From positions 49,538,001-49,602,000 of the forward strand of contig CM114271.1 of NCBI GenBank assembly GCA_050084515.1: a DNA stretch of 64,000 nt, read 5' to 3'. The DNA comes from Blasia pusilla (Eukaryota). The notes below the pieces were generated by a model that had not been told where the DNA came from, did no database searches, and worked only from the letters and a program-made list of their open reading frames with translations. Positions 52,801 to 64,000 of this stretch are shown here, piece after piece; the stretch's first letter is position 1; each line of letters starts with the position of its first letter. A program made the position numbers and the translations under genes.

Positions 52801-55753
52801 TGAGTTGCAATGAAATGTCTAATTTCATAAGCCCAGTTCTATTGAGAAGAACTCTTTCAAGAGTTCAGGCTTCTCCCTTTTTTGGTATTATGATTGATGA
52901 GTCCACAGACATATCTGCTACTAGTCATCTAGTTGTGTTTGCCACTTTCATTGAAGAGGGACAGACAGAGTGTTGTTACTTCAATGTGAATCAAAGTCTT
53001 CTAATGTTATTACTGAAATGTTGTTGCAACTCACCAAGGATGGAGGGTTGGAATTCTCCAAAATTGTTGCCTTTGGCTCTGATGGTGCCTTGACAATGGT
53101 AGGTATCCAGAAAGGGGTTTACCTTTTGCTTCACAAATGAAACCCCCTATATTCTATCTGTTCATTGTGTTGCTCATTAGACAAATCTTGCTGCTTTGTG
53201 TGCTACAAAAGTTGCTAATTAGAAGGCAATCTCTAATGAAGTAGATTCCATTCTCAATGCTGTTGCTAGTTACTCTAGGTGGTCCTCCAAAAGGAGAACA
53301 CTTCTATCCACTTTGTAGGAAAAGTTCAATGATTCCAAACGAGTGATGAAGAGGTACCATAAAATATGCTGGTTATCTCGATGGCAAGCCGTTTCCACAT
53401 TGTGTGATTCTCTAGAATCGGTGTTGAGTTATGGTAGGGATATTTCTCCTCCGGAGGATGATGAGAATGCTGCTCATTTATTTAACAAATTAAGATCATT
53501 CCAAATGATCTATCAATTGTATTTTCTAGCTGATATCCTTTCCATGTATTGGAAAATCTTGCAAATTTGAGCAAGATTTTCCAATACAAGTTTGTGGATG
53601 TTAGCTCTATAGGGAGCATTGTTAATTCTGAGATAGCTTCCATCACTATGAATTTTGTGATGGAAACACATGACTTGAATGCATCGACCTTCTCTGAAAA
53701 CATAGGTTATCACATTTTACCTGATTTTGGGCCTCCGGGTGGCTATCTTCGCAGTTTATAGTATGAGATAAGGGGTAAAAGGTTCCATAGTATAGAGATG
53801 TCTCGAGATCGCACACGTAGGGATTTGGAAGTTGCATTATTCTTTCAAAAAAGTTTTGCTGAAAGTATATTTTCAACTTTACAAGATCGATTTTGAGATA
53901 ACCATCTTATTACGGCCTCTACAGATATGTCTCAATTTTTTTCTGGTCATTGAGACTATCCACGTGTCCTCCAACACGTGTTTAGGATAACTTGGTAATC
54001 CCACAACTGATTTTATTATCTTTCTACAAAAAAATTTGTTTTTGGTGGTAGAGTATTCCTAATCCGGGGTTATTTGCTCCGCTTTTGAAGTAAGGGACAG
54101 TGGTTAATCCCCCATCCCCCCCCATCCCCTCTCCCCATCAGTAATAGATTGGCCACTTGCCCTTACCCTTGAAGTGTGTTGTTATTCCATAATATTTTGT
54201 TTTTTTAAAACAATACCGGTAAACTAAGAGCATCTAAAGTCAAGATTGAGGTTATAGAGCCCGTGCGATAATTTATTGCTCTAGTAGATAGTGCTTTGTG
54301 AAAAATGTATGGGTTTAATTTCTTGGATCTTTGCTTGATGAGGGCCGTAACGAAAATGATCCCAGTTGTACGGTAAAAAAATATTTTTTGGTTGCCAATT
54401 ATAAGCAAAGTTTATAATGTTATGTCACCGGAATTGGGCCATTATTTTTTAGTACTGAGTATTTTCGTTACGTTAACTAACAAGCTGCGCCCTTTGGCTG
54501 TTTCACTTTAATTTTTTTTGTTTACTATGTCTTTCTTTGGTATTTTGTTTTGCTACATTTCTTCTTACTTTTCCAATTACAACGTATTTATCAACTCCTG
54601 GTAATTTAATAATATTTCCCCCCTCTCATGGCCGCACACTAGTTGGTGCAATGAAAATTCTAAACCCCTTACACATGCCTTCTAGACATGTGGGATTGAA
54701 TAGCTGGGGCTGTAAAGATTTAGATGATTTGTGTGGTTTCTTTTGAGCTCAATTACCTCTTAGAGGTAAGTTGCAACTTGCTTTGATTAACTCTCCTATT
54801 GTGAAACAAGAGTTTGAGTCTTTCAAAGTGATGGCTACCCCAGAGTGGAAGGATCGCAACTTTAGGGACCTATGGGCTATGGTAAGTTGGAGTCCCTCTT
54901 TGCAATGTAAATTTTCAAACTTGTTGATTTTAGCAATAATTGCTAGAGTCCAATGTATGAGTACTGCCATTTGCGAGAGAGCTTTCTCCATTCAGAATAT
55001 GATCAAGAGCAAATCTCGCAATGGGTTGTCTACAAAATACTTAGATGCTATTTTGAGGATTGCCTTAGAAGGACTTTCCTTTGATTACGAGGACTTTTTG
55101 GGTGAGTATGTTGTGTTATGGAAAAAATATACCCATTTTAGATATCTCTTTGCTAGTCCAAAAAAATATCTATCTTCATAGGTAGAAGTAGACAACACTG
55201 GAGTGTCTATTAATTAGGATGCTTTGATTTTGATTTGTTGGTTGTAGGGCTCTTTTAGAATACTTGGAGCTTTGGGGCTCCAAGTATTCTAGAGGGGGAG
55301 GATCCTTGGCTCCCAACTGATGGGAGGAACCAGGTTCAACTCCTGCCAATGATATCTTACTAAATGATATGTGATTTACTACCAAGTGACATGAGGTGTT
55401 TGAAGTTTAACTTTTTTAGAGTGTTGGAAGTTAGGTTGCTTAGAATGTTGGAGTGATGATAGCGAATGAATGGGAAAGAGAGGACCCTAGTTGCTGGCCG
55501 AAAATTTACCGACAAAATTTTCAACGGCCGGATTTTTTCTGGTGACTTAAAAAAAACCAGAAACTCTCCGGTGACCCGAAATTGGGACGAAATTTCGGGT
55601 CAATTTCTTTTTAATTTTCAGAATTTCACGGATTAAAATGGAAAATTATCAGAAAATTGACCTGGAAAATGAGCCGATGACGTTAAAAAAAACCGGGTAA
55701 CTGTATATTACCAGTAATCGCCTGGCATTTCAAAAAAATCTCCCCGAACCTTG
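52801..55753 (+). mobile_element. 3' half of the hAT transposon (transposase pseudogene with a ~0.7-kb unrelated insertion at ~53910-54640)
   Basis: FFGIMIDESTDIS, SDGA.TMVG, VHCVAH, WLSRW, dimerization domain STAICERAFSIQNMIKSKSRNGL. GC-rich subterminal repeats and CCGAACCTTG end. Confidence 0.85.
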
Positions 55754-55763
55754 ATTTGGGAGA

Positions 55764-55907
55764 GTCGAAACTCATTTTGATCCGCGTAAAATTAAATGGA
55801 AAGAATATGCGAGTTTGGGAGCGTGGGGGTGAAAGTTTAGGGTTGGATGTGAGACGTGGGTCGAAACTCATTTTGATCCGCGTAAAATTAAAATGGAAAG
55901 AATATGC
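55764..55907. repeat. ~47-bp direct repeat, two copies
   Basis: GTCGAAACTCATTTTGATCCGCGTAAAATTAAA(A)TGGAAAGAATATGC at ~55764 and ~55860. Confidence 0.9.
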
Positions 55908-57190
55908 CGGGCATTTCTAAAGGACGGGCTCGATAAGTCTTCACAACTCAGGAATTCCGATCCGAACGTCATTGACGAAATGGGTGCTAGTGCGGATGTT
56001 CATATGATGAAAGGAGTTCACTTGAGGGAAGTGAAAAGGAGCCATATGAAGGTAGTTCCTTGAGAAACTCATGACAATATTCCTACAATTGATCGAGGGA
56101 TATGGCAGAGATGCAAATTAACTTTGTTCCGTGAGGTTTACATGACGAAAGTCTGTGACACGGTTGTAATCCGATTGAGTTAGCTGAATCTCAGAATCTT
56201 GCTGGCAGTTGTGAGTTCTCGAATGGCGACTCGCAGAAGTGCACTTCCCGGAATGAACTTGCCCCCTAATCCCTATGGAATTGTTCGGGATCTCGGCTTA
56301 AATCCTAATTTAAACCGAGATCCACTTTACAGTACATCACAACGTTTCCCTTGTTCAATTGCCAACATTCAACGAATTCAGTCTGATTCGTGTTCGCGGA
56401 GTAATTCTGAGAGAATAGATATTAACGTGATAAGGAATTTGGATTACTTGCGCCTTGGGAATCTACGAATCTCTTCGAACGCGCCCAGGCTTCCTATTCA
56501 ATTTAATATTTAGGCTACTGTTTGCTTTCCCACTTTGTGGCCGTAACCGCTTGATCCATCTGCGGGCAAACGCCACGAGGATGTGAAAGGATCGGTGGTT
56601 TTCGATCGTGCCACACTTCGCATCCAAGAAAACATGACTTGGATAGCACCTCCCAATTTTTTTTTCTATTGAGGCGGATGAATCAAGACATCTCAAAATG
56701 CAATCAGTTTGAAAATTCCAGCGCAGGAATTGAATCAGACTCGGCCAGTACACGTGGAGTGTATGGAATACACGAGGTTCAAATCTAGAAATAAGTGTGA
56801 TACGCATGAAGTTCATCGCGAGGCTGGGTGGATTGTTGAGGATCCGGGAGTACTTTCAATTCTACTGACCGCAATCCTACCTCACAGTATTTGCTTCTCT
56901 TTGCTCGAATACAGAGTGACGTAATTCTCATCACTCGGTGCTTTTGCCAACAGAATACCCCAAGGCCCCGATACCAGAGTATATTCCATTACCCGCTGTA
57001 TCCGGGGCAGAAGGCATTTAGTCGCTTTTCATCGACTGGAGACTTCAGACGCAAAAACCAGGAGATTTAAGAAGAGCTGCTGCTGTGCTGCCCCGCTAGT
57101 ACTGGAGTGTCACTGATCCAAGCCTATCCAGTGCGGTCGCGGTTTGAGACTTCGGAGCTGTCGTGGTACGATTGGCTGTGTTTGACAAAT

Positions 57191-59853
57191 ATGAAGCCAG
57201 CTGCGTTGAAGGGAGCACCCTTGCCCTATACTCCAATCAAGACGGTGCTTCTCGTCATTGGTACGGTCTAAATCCAAAAACGCGCTCGTCACCTGACGAG
57301 TTCTAGATCCTTACCTTGCCCGGTGACGTGCTCTCCTCTTTTTGTTCGTACGTGTTTTGAAACTCGGGGAATTTCGATTCCTTGTTCCAGCTCCGTAAAT
57401 TTAAATGACGGACTATATTGAGGCAGATTGGAATGCACACTTGGCTGACGTGTGCGTGGTATGCAGCACTCGAGGCAGAAGTGGCGCCCTTCGTGAAGGC
57501 TTTGAAAATTGCAGCGGATAATGATTCAGTGTACGTTTTACTCTCACTATGTTCGCGGTTAAGAAATTGTTGAGAGGACTCATTGGCATCACTACACTGT
57601 GCATGACCCGATTTCACCTTATGGCTGGAGAAAGAAATTAGCTGGCGAGCTGAATCGCAGGTCAATAGCATAGCTTCAACGTGTAGTGGTGCGCAACCGT
57701 CCTGCTTTCAAGGCTGCCAGAATCTTGCCGTGGACTATTGTGACAGTCCACAGTTTTCATCAGAGAAGAAATGTTTTAATCGTCCCACAAATTTAACCCA
57801 GTATATGATGCGCTGGAGACGTTCTTTTCATTTCCACCCTTCCATGTATCCCCGCAGTAGTGATAAAACTGTCTCACCAGATCCTTCCGCGGCGGGATGG
57901 AAGACTGTAGCGAGGGAGTTGAACCTGTTGTGTATTCGGCAAGGTACCTAATTCTGATAGAGTTCGTAATATAATTGTTCAGATTCCCAGCTGCTGTACC
58001 CTGGGTCAAGCTTTCTGGAACTTATGAGGGGATCCAAGTGCACGTTGTTACGCCAGGAACTGACAGTGTTCACGGTACTTTTCTGCACATTCTCAATTGA
58101 GAAAGGTGCCCCTGTCGTTGAGTTTTAACATTTGTTACCTGTCTTCGATGAGACTTTACAGTATGATAGGAAGATATGCGCGGCTGGTTCTGTTGTGTGT
58201 CAGGTGTTGACGCTGTAGGGACCGTGCCAGCGGCGATGTTGACCTTTGCATCGATCCAGGCTCTTAAACCAGACCTGATCATAAATGCCGGAACTGCTGG
58301 TGGCTTCAAGGTGAGAAGCTCACGTAGTTCTTCGCCTGTGATTCGAATCCGCAGGTCGAAGAAAGTTCGAAAATGACCGTGGAACTCGAGTGTCAGGATG
58401 AGATGTTTTGCAGATCTGATCAGAAAGACATTGCAAGCTCATTGTGAGTGTGTGAAGGTGGTGTAAGATGGCGGTAGTCGGACATAACTATTTCTTGTGG
58501 TAAATATGGTCAAGGAACTGTCAACATAAAGGAAGTGGATAGTCTGCTTGTTCATCGGATTCAATCAGGATGACCTTCACTCTACTAATAAGAATGGGTT
58601 AAATAGCTGGTTCCTCCATCTCTAGGGCTCCTCAATCTTCTTGTTGTGTTCACCATGTTCGTGAGATATAGGATTTACTAAATGAATTTTATGTGCCTCA
58701 GGTGCTTGGTCTCAGCTGTTCATGCTTTTTGTGCAACGGAGAATATTTGTGAATGATTCTTTTTCTTCTGTGTGCTTTCAGTCAAAAGGGGCTTGCATTG
58801 GTGACGTTTTCCTGGTCACAGAGAGCGCCTTCCATGATCGGAGGATTCCTATTCCAGTAATTATCCGACTATGTTTTTCCTATTTGAGTCAGTATCGCTT
58901 CTTGTCTCATTGAAGATCATGCAGCCAATCTCTACTGTCGCCAAGGTTTGTTTTGATTTGATGGCAGGCAAACAGTTTGTATTCTTGTAAACCCACATCT
59001 TTGAGAGCTTAGATGAAAATCATGCTTGGTTTGTGTCTCGACTATTCAATCTCTACCATTCGACCAATTTGTGAGTGGCTTAGAATTGGCCATGACTACA
59101 GGGATATACGCAGTATGGTGTTGGGGCTCTGAAAGCAACTCCTGTTACCAAATTGGTTGATGCGCTTGGGTTCAAGGTGTGTTTCTGAATGTGTCGATGA
59201 GGTTTGAACAGGGCCTTGGCTGGGACAGTTGTTCCAATTACATGGAAGCATGGTCTCCTTTAGGCACACCCTTGTTTCTCTCTAGGAAGAATTGTTATGC
59301 TGCCCAAAACTGCAACGTTTGTAGCTAGCTAGGGTTTAGGAATAGCTGAGTAATTTTTCAATGTTGGCTGCAGGTTGGTTGTTTAACAACTGGTGATTCT
59401 CTTGACAAGAGTACTGATGACGAACCTATGATGAAGGCCAATGACGCCACTGTGAAGGATATGGAGGTCAGCAGAAAATCCAGTCTCAAATGTGTGTTTT
59501 TTGTGCGGTTGAAACACTTGCCCAACTCTCACACTGAGAGTGACTTGTGTCACAATTGTGGTATGGATTACTGGCCAGCCAATGCTGTCAGAGATTGTAC
59601 TAGTTCTCTGTTCACTGACACAGGGTCCCTAAATTTATCATTGCCACAGGGTGCTGCAGTGGCTTATGTTGCAGATATGTTCAGCGTGCCTTTGATCTTA
59701 TTGAAGGCAGTCACGGATATCGTGGATGGCGGGGTTGCCACAGATGAGGAGTTCTTACAAAATCTGTCACTAGCATCTTCAGCCCTTGAGAAGTCACTCA
59801 TTGAAACTTTGAATTATCTCGCTGGCAAAAGGCTCAGTGACCTTCAGATTTGA
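57191..59853 (+). CDS. MTN: 5'-methylthioadenosine/S-adenosylhomocysteine nucleosidase, 8 exons
   Basis: GT-AG exons at approx. 57191-57260, 57467-57530, 57983-58074, 58204-58310, 58782-58856, 59102-59177, 59374-59466, 59650-59853. Motifs GVDAVGTVPA, PDLIINAGTAGGFK, FHDRRIPIP, TGDSLD, KDMEGAAVAYVA, KAVTDIVDG. Confidence 0.93.
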
Positions 59854-60596
59854 AGGACAACACCCGAAACTCTCAAGTCTTTTATCCAACGAAGAGTACC
59901 TCCCAAGAAGGCTGTTTTGATTTGGTATCAGTAATTTTGTGTCGCACAGTATTTTAGGGGACCTTGAAAACTACTAAAATTGCATGTGGATACTTCTTGA
60001 CTGGTCGGTGATAAAAGATATGTTGCAGCCATCAGATCCACTTGAGAGGGAAATCTACATCCTTAGTGACCAGGTTTTCTGGGCAGAGGAGTATGGGCAT
60101 CAATCTGGGATCACAACTAATCACTTCGGAGTGACAAGATCTGAGACAATATTTGTGTTGTCAACGTCTCTAATCTACGAAATGTCCATTTATTAAGTTT
60201 TTAAATGGCAGTGTCTGTCATTTGATTAAAAAGGTGAATGAGCTCCGACTGTATGGATAAACAATGTGGATACTACTGGGTTAGCTGCTGTTACATGTGT
60301 AATTGGATCCAGGCACGGAAATTCAGTATATACCAAACACCACTTCTTTGTGACCTTGTCATTGCAGAGGCTTTCGTTGAAGGTGTTTAATATTGTCTGC
60401 GGTTTTCATGACACTTATAAAGGTAGTATCTTCTGCTTGGGGCGATTCGCCACAATCTGTCATTGCTTTCCAATTTGTTCTCGGGTGTAAGGCTGGTACT
60501 GATAAGGCTGGTCAGTAACATCTCCTCAGCTCAGTCTCTACTTCGACTCGCAAATCTACTAGCTATTGAGTTTACCCTGTAGCAAGTGTAGAACTC

Positions 60597-60634
60597 AAGA
60601 GAGATTAGCACATTAAGATGTGCTAATCTCTCTT
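60597..60634. repeat. Perfect 17-bp inverted repeat with a 4-nt loop
   Basis: AAGAGAGATTAGCACAT-TAAG-ATGTGCTAATCTCTCTT. Confidence 0.9.
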
Positions 60635-61690
60635 TCATTCCTCACAGGTGGGTGGGTTTTGTTGTCGATACCACAGAAGTATGTTTCTTCCAATGGAAGT
60701 AGTTTTGAACCTAGAGCCACAGCCCAACTGAGATCTTTACCCTTACGCCCCAGAGGTCTCTGAGAATGGCTATATTCACGTTTCATGTCAAAGTTTCCTA
60801 GACTTTTTTTGTAGCATTAGATTGCTCCTTGCAAAAGACAGCTGCAAAAGCCAGCTGAGCGAGTGGGTGATCATGCATTGTTGCCCCTGCACGTGCATTG
60901 AGATATCAGGCTGCACTCAAATTGTAGGGTTTGTTTTCTGTTGATCATAATTGTACCTTATAATCCAGTGTTGATTTGTGTAAGTATCAAGTCCGGACTC
61001 ATCTCGTACAAATTGAATCATGAGTTTTTTGCGCAAGTAATAGCTTTCTTGCTTCCACATCTTTGCAGATTGAAGGTGCTTGTGGAAATTGAACATTCGA
61101 TGAGTATCACAGTTTTAGTACAGTAGCTTTTCTGGTAATACAAGTACTAGCTTTCTTGGTTCCACATATATCGCTTTAGGATAGCGATTGGACTCCAGCT
61201 GCCTCCAGCACTCCAACTGCTGGAGAGGGAGAGAAAACAACATAGCTCTCACACCCAATCCCCATCGCTCGGTTCCAACAACATGCTCTATATAAGTCGA
61301 GTTGCAGGTGCTGGTACTGAGCAGGGAGTCGCAACCTGAACAAGAGAACCTACTTTATGTTAACTTGCCAGTTGGCGCTTGACAGAATGATCATACTTCA
61401 GTTCCTGGAGTCCCATCGCGTCAAGACGAAAAGCTCTCGATGTAATATACAGAGAACAAACGGAACTCCATTGCTGGAATCACTGTGTTCCTACGAAGAA
61501 TCACTGCCAGAAAGAAATACATTTGGGTTCAAATATAAAGGATGTCACTCTGCCGTTCCCTGCTACCCTATCTACAGCCGGAATCATCTGCCTTCTGGGC
61601 TTGGCTCATAGTCGGGCAGCAAGCAGTGGACCACGTCCAGAAGAATGCACATTCTGTGATGCAGATGACAAGATAGCAAATAAGGCTAGG

Positions 61691-62176
61691 TTAAGTAGAT
61701 AGTGGATCATCGATGTCAACAAGATTGATGGAGCTATCGTCTAGAGAGTTTGCCACAACTGCAGCGTCGATGGCATCCGCCACTGCCTGATTGTTTCTCC
61801 CAATGGCTTCGTCGAGTGGAGTTCGATCGTATCGATTTAGTGCAGCTGCATTGGCACCTCTGGCGATGAGCTCTTCGACTACGGGAATATGACAATTCAG
61901 AGCCGCATAGTGAAGAGGCGAATTGTCATCCAAGTTCTTCACATTCACGTTGGCTCCGTGCCCAATTAGGAACTGCACCACATTCAGATGTCCATTTGCA
62001 GCTGCCATGTGCAGAGCAGATCGACCTTGCCCATCCTGTGAATCTACCAGGACTCCTTGACCTAACAACGCCGCCACGTCCTCCAGGTCTCCATACCTTG
62101 CTGCTTCTAGAAATTCAGCCGTGAGCGGTGCAGTGGATACGGCTTCCTGAAGCCCTTCTGCCGATGGTACCGCCAT
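61691..62176 (-). CDS. Ankyrin-repeat protein (Yar1-like), 161 aa, intronless CDS
   Basis: FLEAARYGDLEDV, GRSALHMAAANGHLNVV, NSPLHYAALNCH, RTPLDEA; intact ORF. Confidence 0.9.
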   Translation of the reverse strand: MAVPSAEGLQEAVSTAPLTAEFLEAARYGDLEDVAALLGQGVLVDSQDGQGRSALHMAAANGHLNVVQFLIGHGANVNVKNLDDNSPLHYAALNCHIPVVEELIARGANAAALNRYDRTPLDEAIGRNNQAVADAIDAAVVANSLDDSSINLVDIDDPLST

Positions 62177-62598
62177 GGCAGCCAGCTATGGATCTTCGAA
62201 GATCACAGCATGCACTGAGACGGTCTAATCAGTTACAGGGTAGGTCCTTATCTGCAATAGCTTATCTGCCTGAGTCGTCATAAGAAACACCAGAGCAGCC
62301 CATGAGCAACAGCTTGCTTTACAAGACGAGCTGAGCACAACAGATTGCAAAACATTGAGGACCTGTCTGCAATGTAAAAAGCAAATTGCTCCGACGACTG
62401 GGTAATGTCGTGGACACATCACATCACCCAGACTATTCATCCAGACATCCCCAATGCCCAGGTGATTTCGACTATAATGGGAGCGAGACAAGGTTAGTCA
62501 AATCTTCCGCGCGGAGAGGTGGAGGTGCACGGATAAGAGTCTTCAAGTGGGCAGACTAGTAGAGCTCTGGGCGGGTCAAAGCGTTTATTCATACCCTC

Positions 62599-62602
<4 letters not shown>

Positions 62603-62630
<28 letters not shown>
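62603..62630. repeat. (GA)n microsatellite upstream of the ankyrin CDS
   Basis: Directly visible. Confidence 0.9.
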
Positions 62631-62634
<4 letters not shown>

Positions 62635-63009
62635 TGGAGATCATACTTATACTTTCAGTCGTGAATGTTCAAGAAGTTCCTGGACTCGTCTTCCATCCGA
62701 CGACGGCAGCACAGATTTCAATCGATGGGGCGACGACAAGCTCCCTGTGGCACCCAGATCACACGGAGAGTTTACACTCTGTTCTCTCATCATAGTAGCT
62801 CCCGTTGAAACCCACACGAAGGAAACCACATCTTTGTCCTTTTTGGCTCACTCTCGCGTTGGCATCCAAAGGGGCAAACCATAGCTGACTAAAACGGGAT
62901 CGGAAATTGCATAACATGCCGCGATTAGAGCCGGATCCCATGAACGGGTGTTTGAGGTAGTGGCGACTTTTTTTTTTTAACTTCGATACTAATATGTTCA
63001 TTTTATTAT

Positions 63010-64000
63010 AGATTAAACCTCAAAAGAAGACAAAGAGAGGTAATAACATCTCAAAAGAGTAGTCAGAAAATGCATAATGGAATGCAAAAAATGGCAACTA
63101 GCCAACGCAAACACGACTCAACGAGCTACACGATTGATAGCTTCAAACAAATTTGACAAGAACACAAGTGGTTGGTCATTTGTGAATGGACGACGAGGTG
63201 AGCGACCCCCCACCATCTTAGCATGACGTATCAATGCCAAGGCATGTGCACATTGTAAGGCCACTGAGATGCATTGCCGAAAATAAGTAGTAACTACAGA
63301 GAGAGAAGGACTACTTGAAGGGGCAAGGTGATGATTCTAGAAGGAGTGATGAGCACATGTTTTCAGGAAAGTATCAAAAGATACATGTAAATGACCAAAT
63401 ACTTCCACTGCAAAAAGAATAAATCCATCAGTTGCATGTCTCATATCATAACTTAACTCCTTGATTCTTGCTGCAGCTTCAGCCGCCGAACCTTTGGTAT
63501 GTGCGACTGGAAACACCAAGTTAGAACGTGTTGGATCAGCAACCACCACATCACCTAATGTCCGAAAGCCACCTCGAGACATAACAAGATCCACTCTCCA
63601 ACGAGAGGTTGCTTGTGTGGTTGAAGGTAGGACATGGAGTTGCTCTTGCCCAACGGTGTATCCTGCAGTACGAGCCACCGATGCTACCGCCTCTCTAATG
63701 ACATCATGTATGGCCGTTCGTTCTCCACCATGTGCACATCGGAGAATATGGATACCCTTGGAATCAATGGGATTCCCGCGTACAAAATTCGGCACACCTA
63801 ACAAAGAAGGATGGGGAAGTTCAAGGCGAGACCGCAAAGCTATCGAGAATATACTCTGAGGAAGACGAAATGGAAGAATGAGAGGATTTGTAGTAAGCCA
63901 CGCCCCCGCTCCGCTACCTGCACATGAATGTAGACGAGCTCGTTGAGCGTCAGAGGATGCCTCAAAGAGAATGCTCGAAAAGTTGATTTGATGCAGATTC
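63010..64000 (-). mobile_element. 3' end of a non-LTR retrotransposon with restriction-like endonuclease (CRE-like)
   Basis: AGAWL..P, HILRC..GGERTAIHD, RVDLV..GDVVVADP, A..K..Y, FAVEVFG: zinc-knuckle remnant plus PD-(D/E)xK-type RLE. Runs off the window edge. Confidence 0.8.

Noticed and set aside
55764-55907. CRISPR-like repeat-spacer
   Set aside because: Only two copies, eukaryotic context, no cas genes.
57191-59853. Functional link between the SAH/MTA nucleosidase and the TE methyltransferase
   Set aside because: An ordinary intron-containing housekeeping gene ~19 kb from the element and outside it; proximity is most likely chance.

Overview
Eukaryotic, TE-rich plant genomic DNA (probably a non-seed land plant; inference from gene and TE content). 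Three host genes: a 10-exon SEC12-like WD40 gene (16359-21142, -), an 8-exon MTA/SAH nucleosidase (57191-59853, +) and an ankyrin-repeat gene with an intronless CDS (61691-62176, -). The rest is mostly nested, decayed transposons: CACTA (x2), hAT (split by a ~4.9-kb inversion), a Helitron-like element, an RLE-type non-LTR element and several Ty3/Gypsy copies. The highlight is a full-length 9.7-kb Ty3/Gypsy element (28636-38376, -) flanked by an AACA target duplication. (1) It carries a DNMT3-like C5 cytosine methyltransferase between protease and RT. (2) It ends its integrase with a PHD finger. (3) It has a Tf1-like self-priming site instead of a tRNA PBS. (4) It has circularly permuted, split terminal repeats (A-internal-B-A-B) with an internal end-NN-TG junction, although it encodes a DDE integrase and no tyrosine recombinase. 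The B-A-B or solo A-B arrangement recurs in four related copies in the window. All alignments and counts were done by eye, so boundaries of degenerate elements are approximate.
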